Positions 26,424 to 34,316 of a stretch of DNA of 36,447 bases are shown piece by piece. Positions within the stretch are counted from its first letter, which is position 1. Every line of letters begins with the position of its first letter. Below the pieces are notes generated by a model that did not search any database, was not told the DNA's origin, and saw only the letters and a list, made by a program, of their open reading frames with translations. Location of the stretch: IMG/VR virus record IMGVR_UViG_3300032213_003164, positions 1-36,447 of that record. The stretch is one strand, 5' to 3'. This DNA is from a virus. Taxonomy: Duplodnaviria > Caudoviricetes. Made by a program: the position numbers and the translations under genes.

Positions 26424-27856
26424 TGTGCGGAATCCTAATTGCCCATAATCCTTCTCAAGCAAGGATAAATTCTATAGCTCATAGAGGCATAGAATTTTCT
26501 ACACACTCCGATGAGTCAGGATTAACTCTGTGTCATCATAGATTGCCTATCCAAACAGCAATAGGTGACGGATGGATTCAACCTGTAGAGATATCAAAAG
26601 ACAAGTACCTTCTATTTAACGGGGAAATTTTTAATTATCCCACGGAGCTATACGATTCAGATACTGCATATCTAGCTAGCCTTTTTTCTACCTGCCTAGA
26701 CTTTTCTTCACTTGAGATGTTTAGCGCTCTCTACGAGCCTCATATTAAGAGCTGGGATGGTTTCTGGGCTATTTGCCTGGTTGACATGAAGACAAAGAAT
26801 GTTATTTGCTTTACTGATCCATTAGGTAAGAAATGCCTATACTACAACGATCTTGGCGAAATATGCTCAGAAATGAAAGGACTTATTAACAGTAGCTCCT
26901 TTTTAGATCAGGCTTTTATGGGAGGAGTAAGAAAATGGGGATACGTTCATAATGAATCTACCCCGTTTGAGAACATTCAAAAGATCCGGCCTAATTACTT
27001 TTATCAATGGAATTTTGCTGCTCCTGACTTCAAGAAGCTATACGGTCCCTATTTCCCATTTAAACCCCCCAAATTTGACTTTAATTCTGAGGATGAGATG
27101 TTAGATTGGGTTTGGCATAAAGTTGAAGCAGCAACAAAGAATAGGCTGTTAAGCTTAGACTATCCAATATCCATCTTACTCTCAGGAGGACTAGATTCAT
27201 CTATTATTGGTGGACTTCTTCTTAAACTTGGAGCTGATGTTAGCTGGTACACCATAAACAATGGTCCAGACAATGATTATGTTAGAGAATGTGAGAATTA
27301 TTGGGGGATTAAGGTAAACCAATTAGAATACACAATGGGTGAGGATAGTATGGATCTAGATGAATTGTATTTTAAATGGAACGAATCTCCTATAGATCTT
27401 GGCAGTGTAGTTCCTCAGTACTTGTTATTTGACGCAATTAAAAAAGGAACGGACACCAGGATAGTCTTATCAGGGGACGGTGCGGATGAAATGTTTGGGG
27501 GATATAGAAGAATAGATGAGTATGACTCTCAAGGATCTGATGTTTTCCACGAATTAACATATTACCATTTACCAAGACTTGATAAGATGAGTATGGCTCA
27601 CACTCTAGAGCTTAGAAATCCATTCCTGAATTTAGAGCTTTTACAAATGGCTCTAAATCTTCCTATGGATCTAAGAAAGCATAAGACAATTCTTAAGAAG
27701 GCATTTAAGGGATTAGTTCCGGATTCGGTAATAGACAGAAAGAAGCATCCTCTAAAGAATGAAAAGATAGTAAAAGATCCTATGGAATATAGAATAGAAT
27801 CTATCGAAAGATTTAAAAAGGGTTACAGCGATTTTTTAGAAAGAGGAGAATATTAA
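26423..27856 (+). CDS. asnB: Asparagine synthetase B-like glutamine amidotransferase
   Basis: N-terminal MCGI (Ntn Cys), HRG, HHRL, FNGEIFNY, DPLGKK, LLSGGLDSS, LSGDGADEMFGGY, RLDKMSMAHTLELRNPFL. Confidence 0.9.
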   Translation: MCGILIAHNPSQARINSIAHRGIEFSTHSDESGLTLCHHRLPIQTAIGDGWIQPVEISKDKYLLFNGEIFNYPTELYDSDTAYLASLFSTCLDFSSLEMFSALYEPHIKSWDGFWAICLVDMKTKNVICFTDPLGKKCLYYNDLGEICSEMKGLINSSSFLDQAFMGGVRKWGYVHNESTPFENIQKIRPNYFYQWNFAAPDFKKLYGPYFPFKPPKFDFNSEDEMLDWVWHKVEAATKNRLLSLDYPISILLSGGLDSSIIGGLLLKLGADVSWYTINNGPDNDYVRECENYWGIKVNQLEYTMGEDSMDLDELYFKWNESPIDLGSVVPQYLLFDAIKKGTDTRIVLSGDGADEMFGGYRRIDEYDSQGSDVFHELTYYHLPRLDKMSMAHTLELRNPFLNLELLQMALNLPMDLRKHKTILKKAFKGLVPDSVIDRKKHPLKNEKIVKDPMEYRIESIERFKKGYSDFLERGEY

Positions 27857-29340
27857 TAAAGCTCAATTCCTGCTAAGGATTCTCCTTTAGCATTAAGGGG
27901 TGAATAATCTTCTGGCTCGTCGGTTAAAAGGAAGGTTTTACTTCCGTCGACAACCAAACCAGCTATTCCCATAAATCCTCTGTTAATTAGCATTGGAGTA
28001 CTTTTGTTGGTTCTGTCAACAATTGAGAATTTAACTTTCTTGTAAACCATCTCGCCAAATTCAATGTCTAATAGAATAACAGGTCTTTTGTCTGTTTGAT
28101 CGCCAACCTCTGCATGGGAATATTCCATTATTCTGTTGCTAAACGATTTGCCCCCAACTGTCCAGTTTAAGAATCCATCAACCTCTTCTGAAAAATCTGC
28201 ATGAAGTGAACATGCAATAGCTCCGTTGCCTGTATCTAATTTACCGATAAATTTACCAACTCCTTTAACATCAAAGATCTCTCTAAATCCAACCATTTTT
28301 CTAGGATAATTCCAGTTCTTCTTATCAAGTATAAAGTTTAGTATAATTCCTGTAACATCAAGACCAGTTGCTATTTCTATTCCATCAGTTCCTGGAGATG
28401 CGTTTACCTCCAGAACATATGGTATTCCTGTATTTTTTCCAATAATAATATCAACACCACACCATGAGCATTCTGTTGCTTTAGCGGCGTTTATTGCTAT
28501 TTTTTCTATCTCTTTTGGTATTTCTACCGCCTCTGCTATTCCACCTAAAGAAACGTTGGTTCTAAAGTCATTCTCTATTCTATGTCTTTTCATAGAAGCT
28601 ATGATAGTATAATTATCACCATCTCCTGTAGAATTTCTAGATCCAACCACATGTATTCTTAAATCATAGTCAGCTTCTATTTTTTCCTGAACTATCAGTT
28701 CAGTTTCAGGTGAAAGTTTCCACATTGTTTGCAATGTTGAAATAAGAGACGCTTTAGAATCTATTTGAAATACACCTATTCCTTTGGTACCACTTAATGT
28801 TTTTACTACAATTGGGTATTTTCCTCCTATCTTATTTATAGCATTTTCTATATCATCCTCTGATGAGATTAAGGCAGTTTTTGGTGTAGGTATTCCTTTT
28901 TCTTGAAGTTTCTGAACAGTATCTAGTTTGTCTTCGCAAAGAAGAACAGATCTTGGTGAATTTACAGATACGAATCCAAGTGATTCTAGTTTTTCAAAAA
29001 ATTTAACAGCGGCTGTTGAGTTTATTGATGATCTTCTAGCAAGTATTACTGTATTTTTAATATCAATTTCATACTTGTTGTTACTTCCTTTATTTCTAAT
29101 AAAGAAGCTTCCAGTCTCGCTTTTTTCAATTTCCCCTTGCGAAGTGTTAATTACTATGCATTTAAATCCCAGAGAACTGGATTTCTCCATCATTTTTTTA
29201 ACTGTTGGAGCAAGAGTATTTTTCTTTGATTCTAATTTGGTTGTAAGAATCACAAGAGAAATTGGCTTTTTAGGTCCTATCTTTGGCTTTCCAGCTCCTT
29301 GAAAAACAAAATCCTCTTCTTTGGTCAATAAATTATCCAT
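27853..29340 (-). CDS. rimK: RimK-family ATP-grasp ligase fused to a C-terminal retropepsin-like (RimB-type) protease
   Basis: DK..T...L...GIPTPKT, PIVVKTLSGTKGIGV, QEKI, DLR, FRTNVSLGG, GVDII, LEVNASPG; then KLDTGNGA..SLHA, RPVI, DRT...P.LINR. Confidence 0.9.
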   Translation of the reverse strand: MDNLLTKEEDFVFQGAGKPKIGPKKPISLVILTTKLESKKNTLAPTVKKMMEKSSSLGFKCIVINTSQGEIEKSETGSFFIRNKGSNNKYEIDIKNTVILARRSSINSTAAVKFFEKLESLGFVSVNSPRSVLLCEDKLDTVQKLQEKGIPTPKTALISSEDDIENAINKIGGKYPIVVKTLSGTKGIGVFQIDSKASLISTLQTMWKLSPETELIVQEKIEADYDLRIHVVGSRNSTGDGDNYTIIASMKRHRIENDFRTNVSLGGIAEAVEIPKEIEKIAINAAKATECSWCGVDIIIGKNTGIPYVLEVNASPGTDGIEIATGLDVTGIILNFILDKKNWNYPRKMVGFREIFDVKGVGKFIGKLDTGNGAIACSLHADFSEEVDGFLNWTVGGKSFSNRIMEYSHAEVGDQTDKRPVILLDIEFGEMVYKKVKFSIVDRTNKSTPMLINRGFMGIAGLVVDGSKTFLLTDEPEDYSPLNAKGESLAGIELY

Positions 29341-29357
29341 CTAAAACTTAATTGATC

Positions 29358-29365
29358 TATATATC
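29358..29365 (-). promoter_or_regulatory. Putative late promoter GATATATA before rimK
   Basis: tatatatc on + strand, 17 nt upstream of the minus-strand ATG at 29340. Confidence 0.7.
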
Positions 29366-29375
29366 CCCGGCAAAT

Positions 29376-29405
29376 AAAAAAGGAGATCTTAGAGGATCTC
29401 CTTTT
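29376..29405 (-). terminator. Intrinsic terminator after the acidic protein gene
   Basis: AGGAGATC / GATCTCCT inverted repeat with 6-nt loop, flanked by A and T runs; T-tail on the minus strand. Confidence 0.85.
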
Positions 29406-29428
29406 GCGTATTTTGTTTTAATTTATTG

Positions 29429-30010
29429 TTAATTGAAAAATCTATTAAAAGCAGGGTTTAGAATTTCTTCGGATTCTTCTTCTTCGTGATCCATTTCTTC
29501 ACCTTCTTCCATTTCATCTTCCTCCTCTATTTTTTCTTCCTCTTCCATTTCTTCCTCTTCCATTTCTTCCTCTTCCATTTCTTCTTCATTAACCTCTTCT
29601 TCGTCTTCTAATTCTTCCTCTTCGTTATACTCATCTAGGTCAATTTCCTCTTCCTCACCATCTTCTTCATCTTCATCTTCCTCGTTCATATTTTCTTCCA
29701 TATCTTCTTCCCCTTCCTCTTCCATTTCTTCTTCCTCCTCTTCTTCTTCCTCTTCTTCGTTATCTGCCATATCGTCTTCAGAAGCTATATCATCTTCCAT
29801 ATCAAATGATGAATCTACACCATCAGTTTCTTCGTTTTCATCCTCCATTTCATCGTCAGCAGGAATAGAATCTGCACCACCATCGGTTTCAGTTTCTTCT
29901 TGGTCTGCAGTGTCTGCAGTATCCATATCCATTTCTGTATTGTCTTGACCAAGTGTTCCTTCAGTATATTGTTTAGAAAACTCCTCAAAACTTAATATCT
30001 TTTTTTCCAT
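29429..30010 (-). CDS. Extremely acidic (poly-Glu/Asp) low-complexity protein
   Basis: MEKKILSFEEF N-terminus, then E/D runs including 15-bp EEEME repeats near 29541-29585; own promoter motif and terminator. Confidence 0.8.
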   Translation of the reverse strand: MEKKILSFEEFSKQYTEGTLGQDNTEMDMDTADTADQEETETDGGADSIPADDEMEDENEETDGVDSSFDMEDDIASEDDMADNEEEEEEEEEEEMEEEGEEDMEENMNEEDEDEEDGEEEEIDLDEYNEEEELEDEEEVNEEEMEEEEMEEEEMEEEEKIEEEDEMEEGEEMDHEEEESEEILNPAFNRFFN

Positions 30011-30028
30011 TTTTGAATTATTTATATG

Positions 30029-30036
30029 TATATATC
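30029..30036 (-). promoter_or_regulatory. Putative late promoter GATATATA
   Basis: 18 nt upstream of the minus-strand ATG at 30010. Confidence 0.7.
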
Positions 30037-30055
30037 TTTTTGCGTGATCGCATTC

Positions 30056-30310
30056 TTATTCTGTTGCGTCCCCCATATTAGAAGCACCGCCTGATTCTGC
30101 TGCTCCTTTACCCGGGTAATCTATCTTAGATTGATTTTTAAAGATAGCATCTCCATAACCAACATACTCGTAAGGCTTTTCTAGTTTAATCTCATGGAAA
30201 GGGGATCTATCCTCTTTACTCATGTTTTTAGGATTCCATGGGTCTGCTATAACTTTTAAGAAGTCTTTAAACTCTAAGATCTCCCTCTTTTTTACATTTT
30301 TCTGATGCAT
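30056..30310 (-). CDS. Small hypothetical protein
   Basis: Fills the gap between co-oriented genes; contains ILEFKDFL, resembling the shared N-terminal motif. Confidence 0.65.
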   Translation of the reverse strand: MHQKNVKKREILEFKDFLKVIADPWNPKNMSKEDRSPFHEIKLEKPYEYVGYGDAIFKNQSKIDYPGKGAAESGGASNMGDATE

Positions 30311-30324
30311 CTTTTCTTTTTTTA

Positions 30325-31023
30325 TTATCCTAGTCCTAAAAGACTTAATATTCCAGTATTAGAACCGCCTGTTCTATCGGCAGATTTTGCTGATGTTTTA
30401 GCTGCAGTAGCTAAATCTTTTTCTGAGAATTTCCCTCCTCCAAATATGCTCTTAAATGAAGTTCCTTCTCCACAAACTACTCCTTCCAATTTAGCTTCTA
30501 GCATATTTACAAAAGCAGTAGAGTTTATATAGTTAGTTAATGCCTCTCTTATTGAAGCAACAAAAGTGCCACCTAAACCAGATTCAAAATTAATATTAAT
30601 TCCTAAACCTCTAGAAAGTATTAATGTAATAGCTTTTTCTTCTATTGTCTCAAGTAATCCCTTTGAGATTGCATCCGTCCAGTATTTACAAGATCCTGCT
30701 CCAAAATAACTGCCGATGTGCATGAATGAGATGTTTTCCACTATATTCTTAGCAAATTCACTCATAAAACCACCATCATTTGGTAATCCTAATTTATCTA
30801 GAAGCCATCCAGCAGCATAGTTTTTTAACCTATCTTCAAATCCACCCATCAATTTACCGCCCAATCCACTAATTAAATCCCAAAGACCCTCATTTATTTG
30901 ATCTACGGATTCTCCTTTATGTAGCATATCATTATAATGGGCTTCTAATCCTTCCACTATTCTGAAATATTCTTCATCCGTTACATTAATCTTTGTAAAT
31001 TCTGAATATTTGATGACTTTCAT
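30325..31023 (-). CDS. Hypothetical protein (start re-called to 31023, MKVIKYSEF...)
   Basis: GATATATA lies 17 nt upstream of ATG 31023; the longer 31092 start would run through the divergent promoter region. Confidence 0.7.
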   Translation of the reverse strand: MKVIKYSEFTKINVTDEEYFRIVEGLEAHYNDMLHKGESVDQINEGLWDLISGLGGKLMGGFEDRLKNYAAGWLLDKLGLPNDGGFMSEFAKNIVENISFMHIGSYFGAGSCKYWTDAISKGLLETIEEKAITLILSRGLGININFESGLGGTFVASIREALTNYINSTAFVNMLEAKLEGVVCGEGTSFKSIFGGGKFSEKDLATAAKTSAKSADRTGGSNTGILSLLGLG

Positions 31024-31040
31024 TTCTACTTTATTTTTAT

Positions 31041-31079
31041 TATATATCTCACCTATAATAATAAAACCAAAGATATATA
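31041..31079. promoter_or_regulatory. Divergent pair of GATATATA motifs
   Basis: Minus copy 31041-31048 points to ATG 31023; plus copy 31072-31079 points to TTG 31101. Confidence 0.75.
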
Positions 31080-31100
31080 ACCATATAATCAAGTCACCAA

Positions 31101-31673
31101 TTGAAACACCTCCTAAGATATAGAGATTTATTCGAAAGTACCTCCGCTGGATCCCAAGATAGAGGGTCTTCTGATGTGCCTCCGTTTAAATTTGCTATAA
31201 ATTTTGATTCTAGATTGGGCTACACTAAGCATGATTTTATTCAGGATTTAACTGAGATTTATCTAGGATACTCATTAAAAGACCGTAGGGATCTTATGGA
31301 CACTGTTTTTAAAAGCGCTGGCGTTTTTAAAATATCAGACATACAGGATCTCCCCCAAGACAGAGTAGACCGATTAATTAAAAGTGTAGAAGAATACATG
31401 GAAAGTAAAGCTGAGTATAAATTAGAAATACTTCCAGATGGTTTTGTTCTTTGTTTCGAAGGACTTAAGCACAGGAAAAGAACCTGCGATGTTTATTACT
31501 CCCCCACAGAGAGAAAAGTGAAAATATCATACACTGACACCTACCCAGAAAATGAAGATCTAATGATAGGAATAGACGGATTTTCTCCTGTATCTGTAGG
31601 GGTTGAGGTTGATGATTTTATAGCAACTGTTGAAAAATGTGACGATTATGCTAAAAAGACCAATCCTTTATAG
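31101..31673 (+). CDS. Hypothetical protein (TTG start)
   Basis: 190 aa ORF, MKHLLRYRDLFES N-terminus, late motif 21 nt upstream. Confidence 0.7.
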   Translation: MKHLLRYRDLFESTSAGSQDRGSSDVPPFKFAINFDSRLGYTKHDFIQDLTEIYLGYSLKDRRDLMDTVFKSAGVFKISDIQDLPQDRVDRLIKSVEEYMESKAEYKLEILPDGFVLCFEGLKHRKRTCDVYYSPTERKVKISYTDTYPENEDLMIGIDGFSPVSVGVEVDDFIATVEKCDDYAKKTNPL

Positions 31674-32396
31674 CATAGAGAGATAATCCCTGTAATTATT
31701 AACTATAAATTCTATAGACTTATCCTTAATAAGCTCGAACGGTATTTCATCTTCCCCTTTGGTCTTTTCTAAATCAACAATAATAAAGCAATCTGTATAC
31801 TTAGAAAAGTTTTTAATCTCCTTTTCAAAAAAGTTATAGATCTTTTTGTCAGATTTTGTATACTCAGGTAACGGATCCATTAATTCGCTTAACAAGAGCC
31901 CTACCTGCTCTATCTCATCGACCTTGATGACCGAAAATAACCAGGAATAAATTTTCATTTTCTTATTCTTGTTATTTCTCATCACAACGTATCCGCGGTC
32001 TCTTGAGAAAAAATCCTCGTTATGAATCTTAAATTCCAAAGATTTTTCTATTTCTTCTAAATACGGATTTAGCTTTTCCATGAAGCTATCTAACACTTCT
32101 AATGTTCCATCTATGATTAAATGAACTTCTTCGTTGTCATCAACCAGGGTTGTTAGCTCGTGGGTTTTTTCTATTTCGTCCTGGGTCATGTTTTTAACAG
32201 TCTTATCGCTGAGCTTGTTAAACTTTTGAAAACTCTTTACATCATTGTAAACCCGGGTTATTTTTTGGATTTGCTCAGAGTACTTTTTCTTTCCAAGATC
32301 TGATTCCACAGATTGCAGGAAGTCCATCAGAATATAATACTTATGCTCTGCATCTATAGGATCTTGTAAAAACCAATATGGTTGTAAATTTTTCAT
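31668..32396 (-). CDS. Hypothetical protein
   Basis: 242 aa ORF with N-terminal WF...PID.E.K.Y.L..FLQ.V block; no function recognised. Confidence 0.7.
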   Translation of the reverse strand: MKNLQPYWFLQDPIDAEHKYYILMDFLQSVESDLGKKKYSEQIQKITRVYNDVKSFQKFNKLSDKTVKNMTQDEIEKTHELTTLVDDNEEVHLIIDGTLEVLDSFMEKLNPYLEEIEKSLEFKIHNEDFFSRDRGYVVMRNNKNKKMKIYSWLFSVIKVDEIEQVGLLLSELMDPLPEYTKSDKKIYNFFEKEIKNFSKYTDCFIIVDLEKTKGEDEIPFELIKDKSIEFIVNNYRDYLSML

Positions 32397-32542
32397 TGCT
32401 TACTACTATAATATATAACCCAAAACAGGATTGATTCCTCCGTTTAAAAAAATATTTCTTGATTTTGGAAACTTTCCGCTAAAACACAACTAAGATTGTT
32501 ATCTATTAACATCCTGGGTTATGAATATATCTATAGTCTCTT

Positions 32543-33130
32543 ATGAGCCCCTTTCTAATAATAGCTTATTATACCTTAGGCAACCACTACCAGCAACTCT
32601 CGGAAAATCTTAAAAAATCATGTCAAGAATTTAATCTTCCCCTGTTTTTAAAACCTATAGAGGATCTTGGATCATGGGAAAAAAATACACATTACAAGGC
32701 AAACTTTATCAGCGATTGTTTGGAAGGATTCTCGGAAGATCTAGTTTATGTAGATGTGGATGCAGAGTTTAAAAGATACCCCTACCTGTTTGAGTCCTTA
32801 GATTGTGATATAGCATATAGAACAGAGAACTTCAGATGGAGGAAGGATGAAGCTTTAAGTGGAACGATCTTTCTTGGGAATAATGATGAGGTAAGATCCC
32901 TAGTTAATCTTTGGAAATCGATCAATGAATTAACCCCAGCTATCAGAAATAAGCCAGACACATGGGAACAGGCTAATCTGCAAAGGGCAACCCAACAGAG
33001 CCCCGAAATAATCTATGAAAATCTGCCCCCTGAATACACCTACATATTTGATCACACCAAATCCATGTATCCGAACATCTCTCCTGTAATAGAGCACTTT
33101 CAGGCATCAAGAAAATCAACATTAAGATGA
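32543..33130 (+). CDS. GT-A fold nucleotide-diphospho-sugar transferase
   Basis: IIAYYT, W..N..YKA.FI, LVYVDVDA (DxD), SGTIF, WEQ, LPPEYTYIFD, IEHFQASR. Confidence 0.75.
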   Translation: MSPFLIIAYYTLGNHYQQLSENLKKSCQEFNLPLFLKPIEDLGSWEKNTHYKANFISDCLEGFSEDLVYVDVDAEFKRYPYLFESLDCDIAYRTENFRWRKDEALSGTIFLGNNDEVRSLVNLWKSINELTPAIRNKPDTWEQANLQRATQQSPEIIYENLPPEYTYIFDHTKSMYPNISPVIEHFQASRKSTLR

Positions 33131-33173
33131 TACTTAAAACTACAAGCTATAGATTAGGATCTTAAATAAGAAT

Positions 33174-33181
33174 GATATATA
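33174..33181 (+). promoter_or_regulatory. Putative late promoter GATATATA before the glycosyltransferase operon
   Basis: Intergenic, 19 nt upstream of ATG 33201. Confidence 0.7.
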
Positions 33182-33200
33182 AAAAAGAATAAAACATAGC

Positions 33201-34316
33201 ATGTTCCTCGGGAAAATAAGCAAGATAAGAAAAATTTGGGGCCCTACTGCCAATTCCGAATCTGATACTGGAAGTTCAGAAAAAAAGGTGCTAGCAAATA
33301 TCACGATGGGATTTGTTAAACCCAAGATTATCAGTTACTATTCAGATTATGAAGAAAAAAAATACTACGAAGGCTTTGCCAAAACCCTTATAAATAAATG
33401 CAAAGAATTTGGCTTAGATTATGATATTTCTGAACTGCAATCTAGGGGAAATTATGGGGATAACTGTCTAATGAAGCCTGAGTTTATTCTTGAAAAAATA
33501 AAGCAGTATAAAAAGCCCTTAATTTGGATGGATTGTGACACTGATTTTAGAGAGCCCTTTGATCATTTCAATGAGGTCACCGAAGATATAGGAATGGCAA
33601 CACATAGCGGTAAATTTGATGGGATCAAAGCATCGCCCTTATATTTCAATTACACGAAGGGTGCTTTTAGGATAATAAGAGAATGGGTAGTTCATTGCAG
33701 AGAATGCTATACTAATGGTATAGTTGAACTTGATCATGATGCTTTAAAGCACTACGTTCTAAATGCAGTAAAAGGTGCTTATTCAGCCCATCTTTTAACT
33801 GACAATTGGAACGACTTTGTACACGGGCGTTATATTTGGAATGGAAATTCAAGGGTAGAAGGAAAAGTCCAGATTCACAGAAAGGTAGGGGTTAGCGATG
33901 AAACAAGATTAACCTACTCCCAGAACGTTAGGTGTTTTAAAATTATATTTAAATCACAAAACCCAGGGGACTTTAAATCAGCATTGATTTTATTGGACAA
34001 TTTTTCCAATCAATCTAGAATTAATTTTATTTTTCCAAGAAATCCCCTAACACAATTAGTTGATAACGAGGATTTTAATAGGCTTAAAATAGAGTCGGGT
34101 GGATTAGTATATTTTGATCCTTCAGAATTTGATTCCATTGAGCCTGGAAAATCTGACATTATTATAGAAGTTAAAGATGTAAAAGAGATAGAGAAAGAAT
34201 GGGATCTTAAAATTAGATCAGCCATAGACACTGAACAAAATCCTCTTAATATTTTAAAATTTAATAAAAAAGAAGGAAATATCAGAATAAAAACCATAAA
34301 AAAATTATGGATTTAA
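33201..34316 (+). CDS. GT-A fold glycosyltransferase, related to 32543-33130, with extra C-terminal region
   Basis: IISYYS, NCLMKPEFI, LIWMDCD (DxD), ASPLYFN, DH. Confidence 0.7.
   Translation: MFLGKISKIRKIWGPTANSESDTGSSEKKVLANITMGFVKPKIISYYSDYEEKKYYEGFAKTLINKCKEFGLDYDISELQSRGNYGDNCLMKPEFILEKIKQYKKPLIWMDCDTDFREPFDHFNEVTEDIGMATHSGKFDGIKASPLYFNYTKGAFRIIREWVVHCRECYTNGIVELDHDALKHYVLNAVKGAYSAHLLTDNWNDFVHGRYIWNGNSRVEGKVQIHRKVGVSDETRLTYSQNVRCFKIIFKSQNPGDFKSALILLDNFSNQSRINFIFPRNPLTQLVDNEDFNRLKIESGGLVYFDPSEFDSIEPGKSDIIIEVKDVKEIEKEWDLKIRSAIDTEQNPLNILKFNKKEGNIRIKTIKKLWI

Noticed and set aside
27853-27856. Convergent stop-codon overlaps (asnB/rimK; also 31668-31673) as antisense regulation
   Set aside because: Common in compact phage genomes; no further evidence.
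30019-30026. Exact T4 late promoter TATAAATA on the minus strand
   Set aside because: Only instance noticed near a start, just 8 nt from the ATG and adjacent to a GATATATA at the usual spacing; likely chance.
31024-31092. N-terminal hydrophobic extension MIIWLYIFGFIII as a signal or TM helix
   Set aside because: It is translated AT-rich divergent promoter DNA; the start at 31023 fits both the promoter spacing and the shared N-terminal motif.
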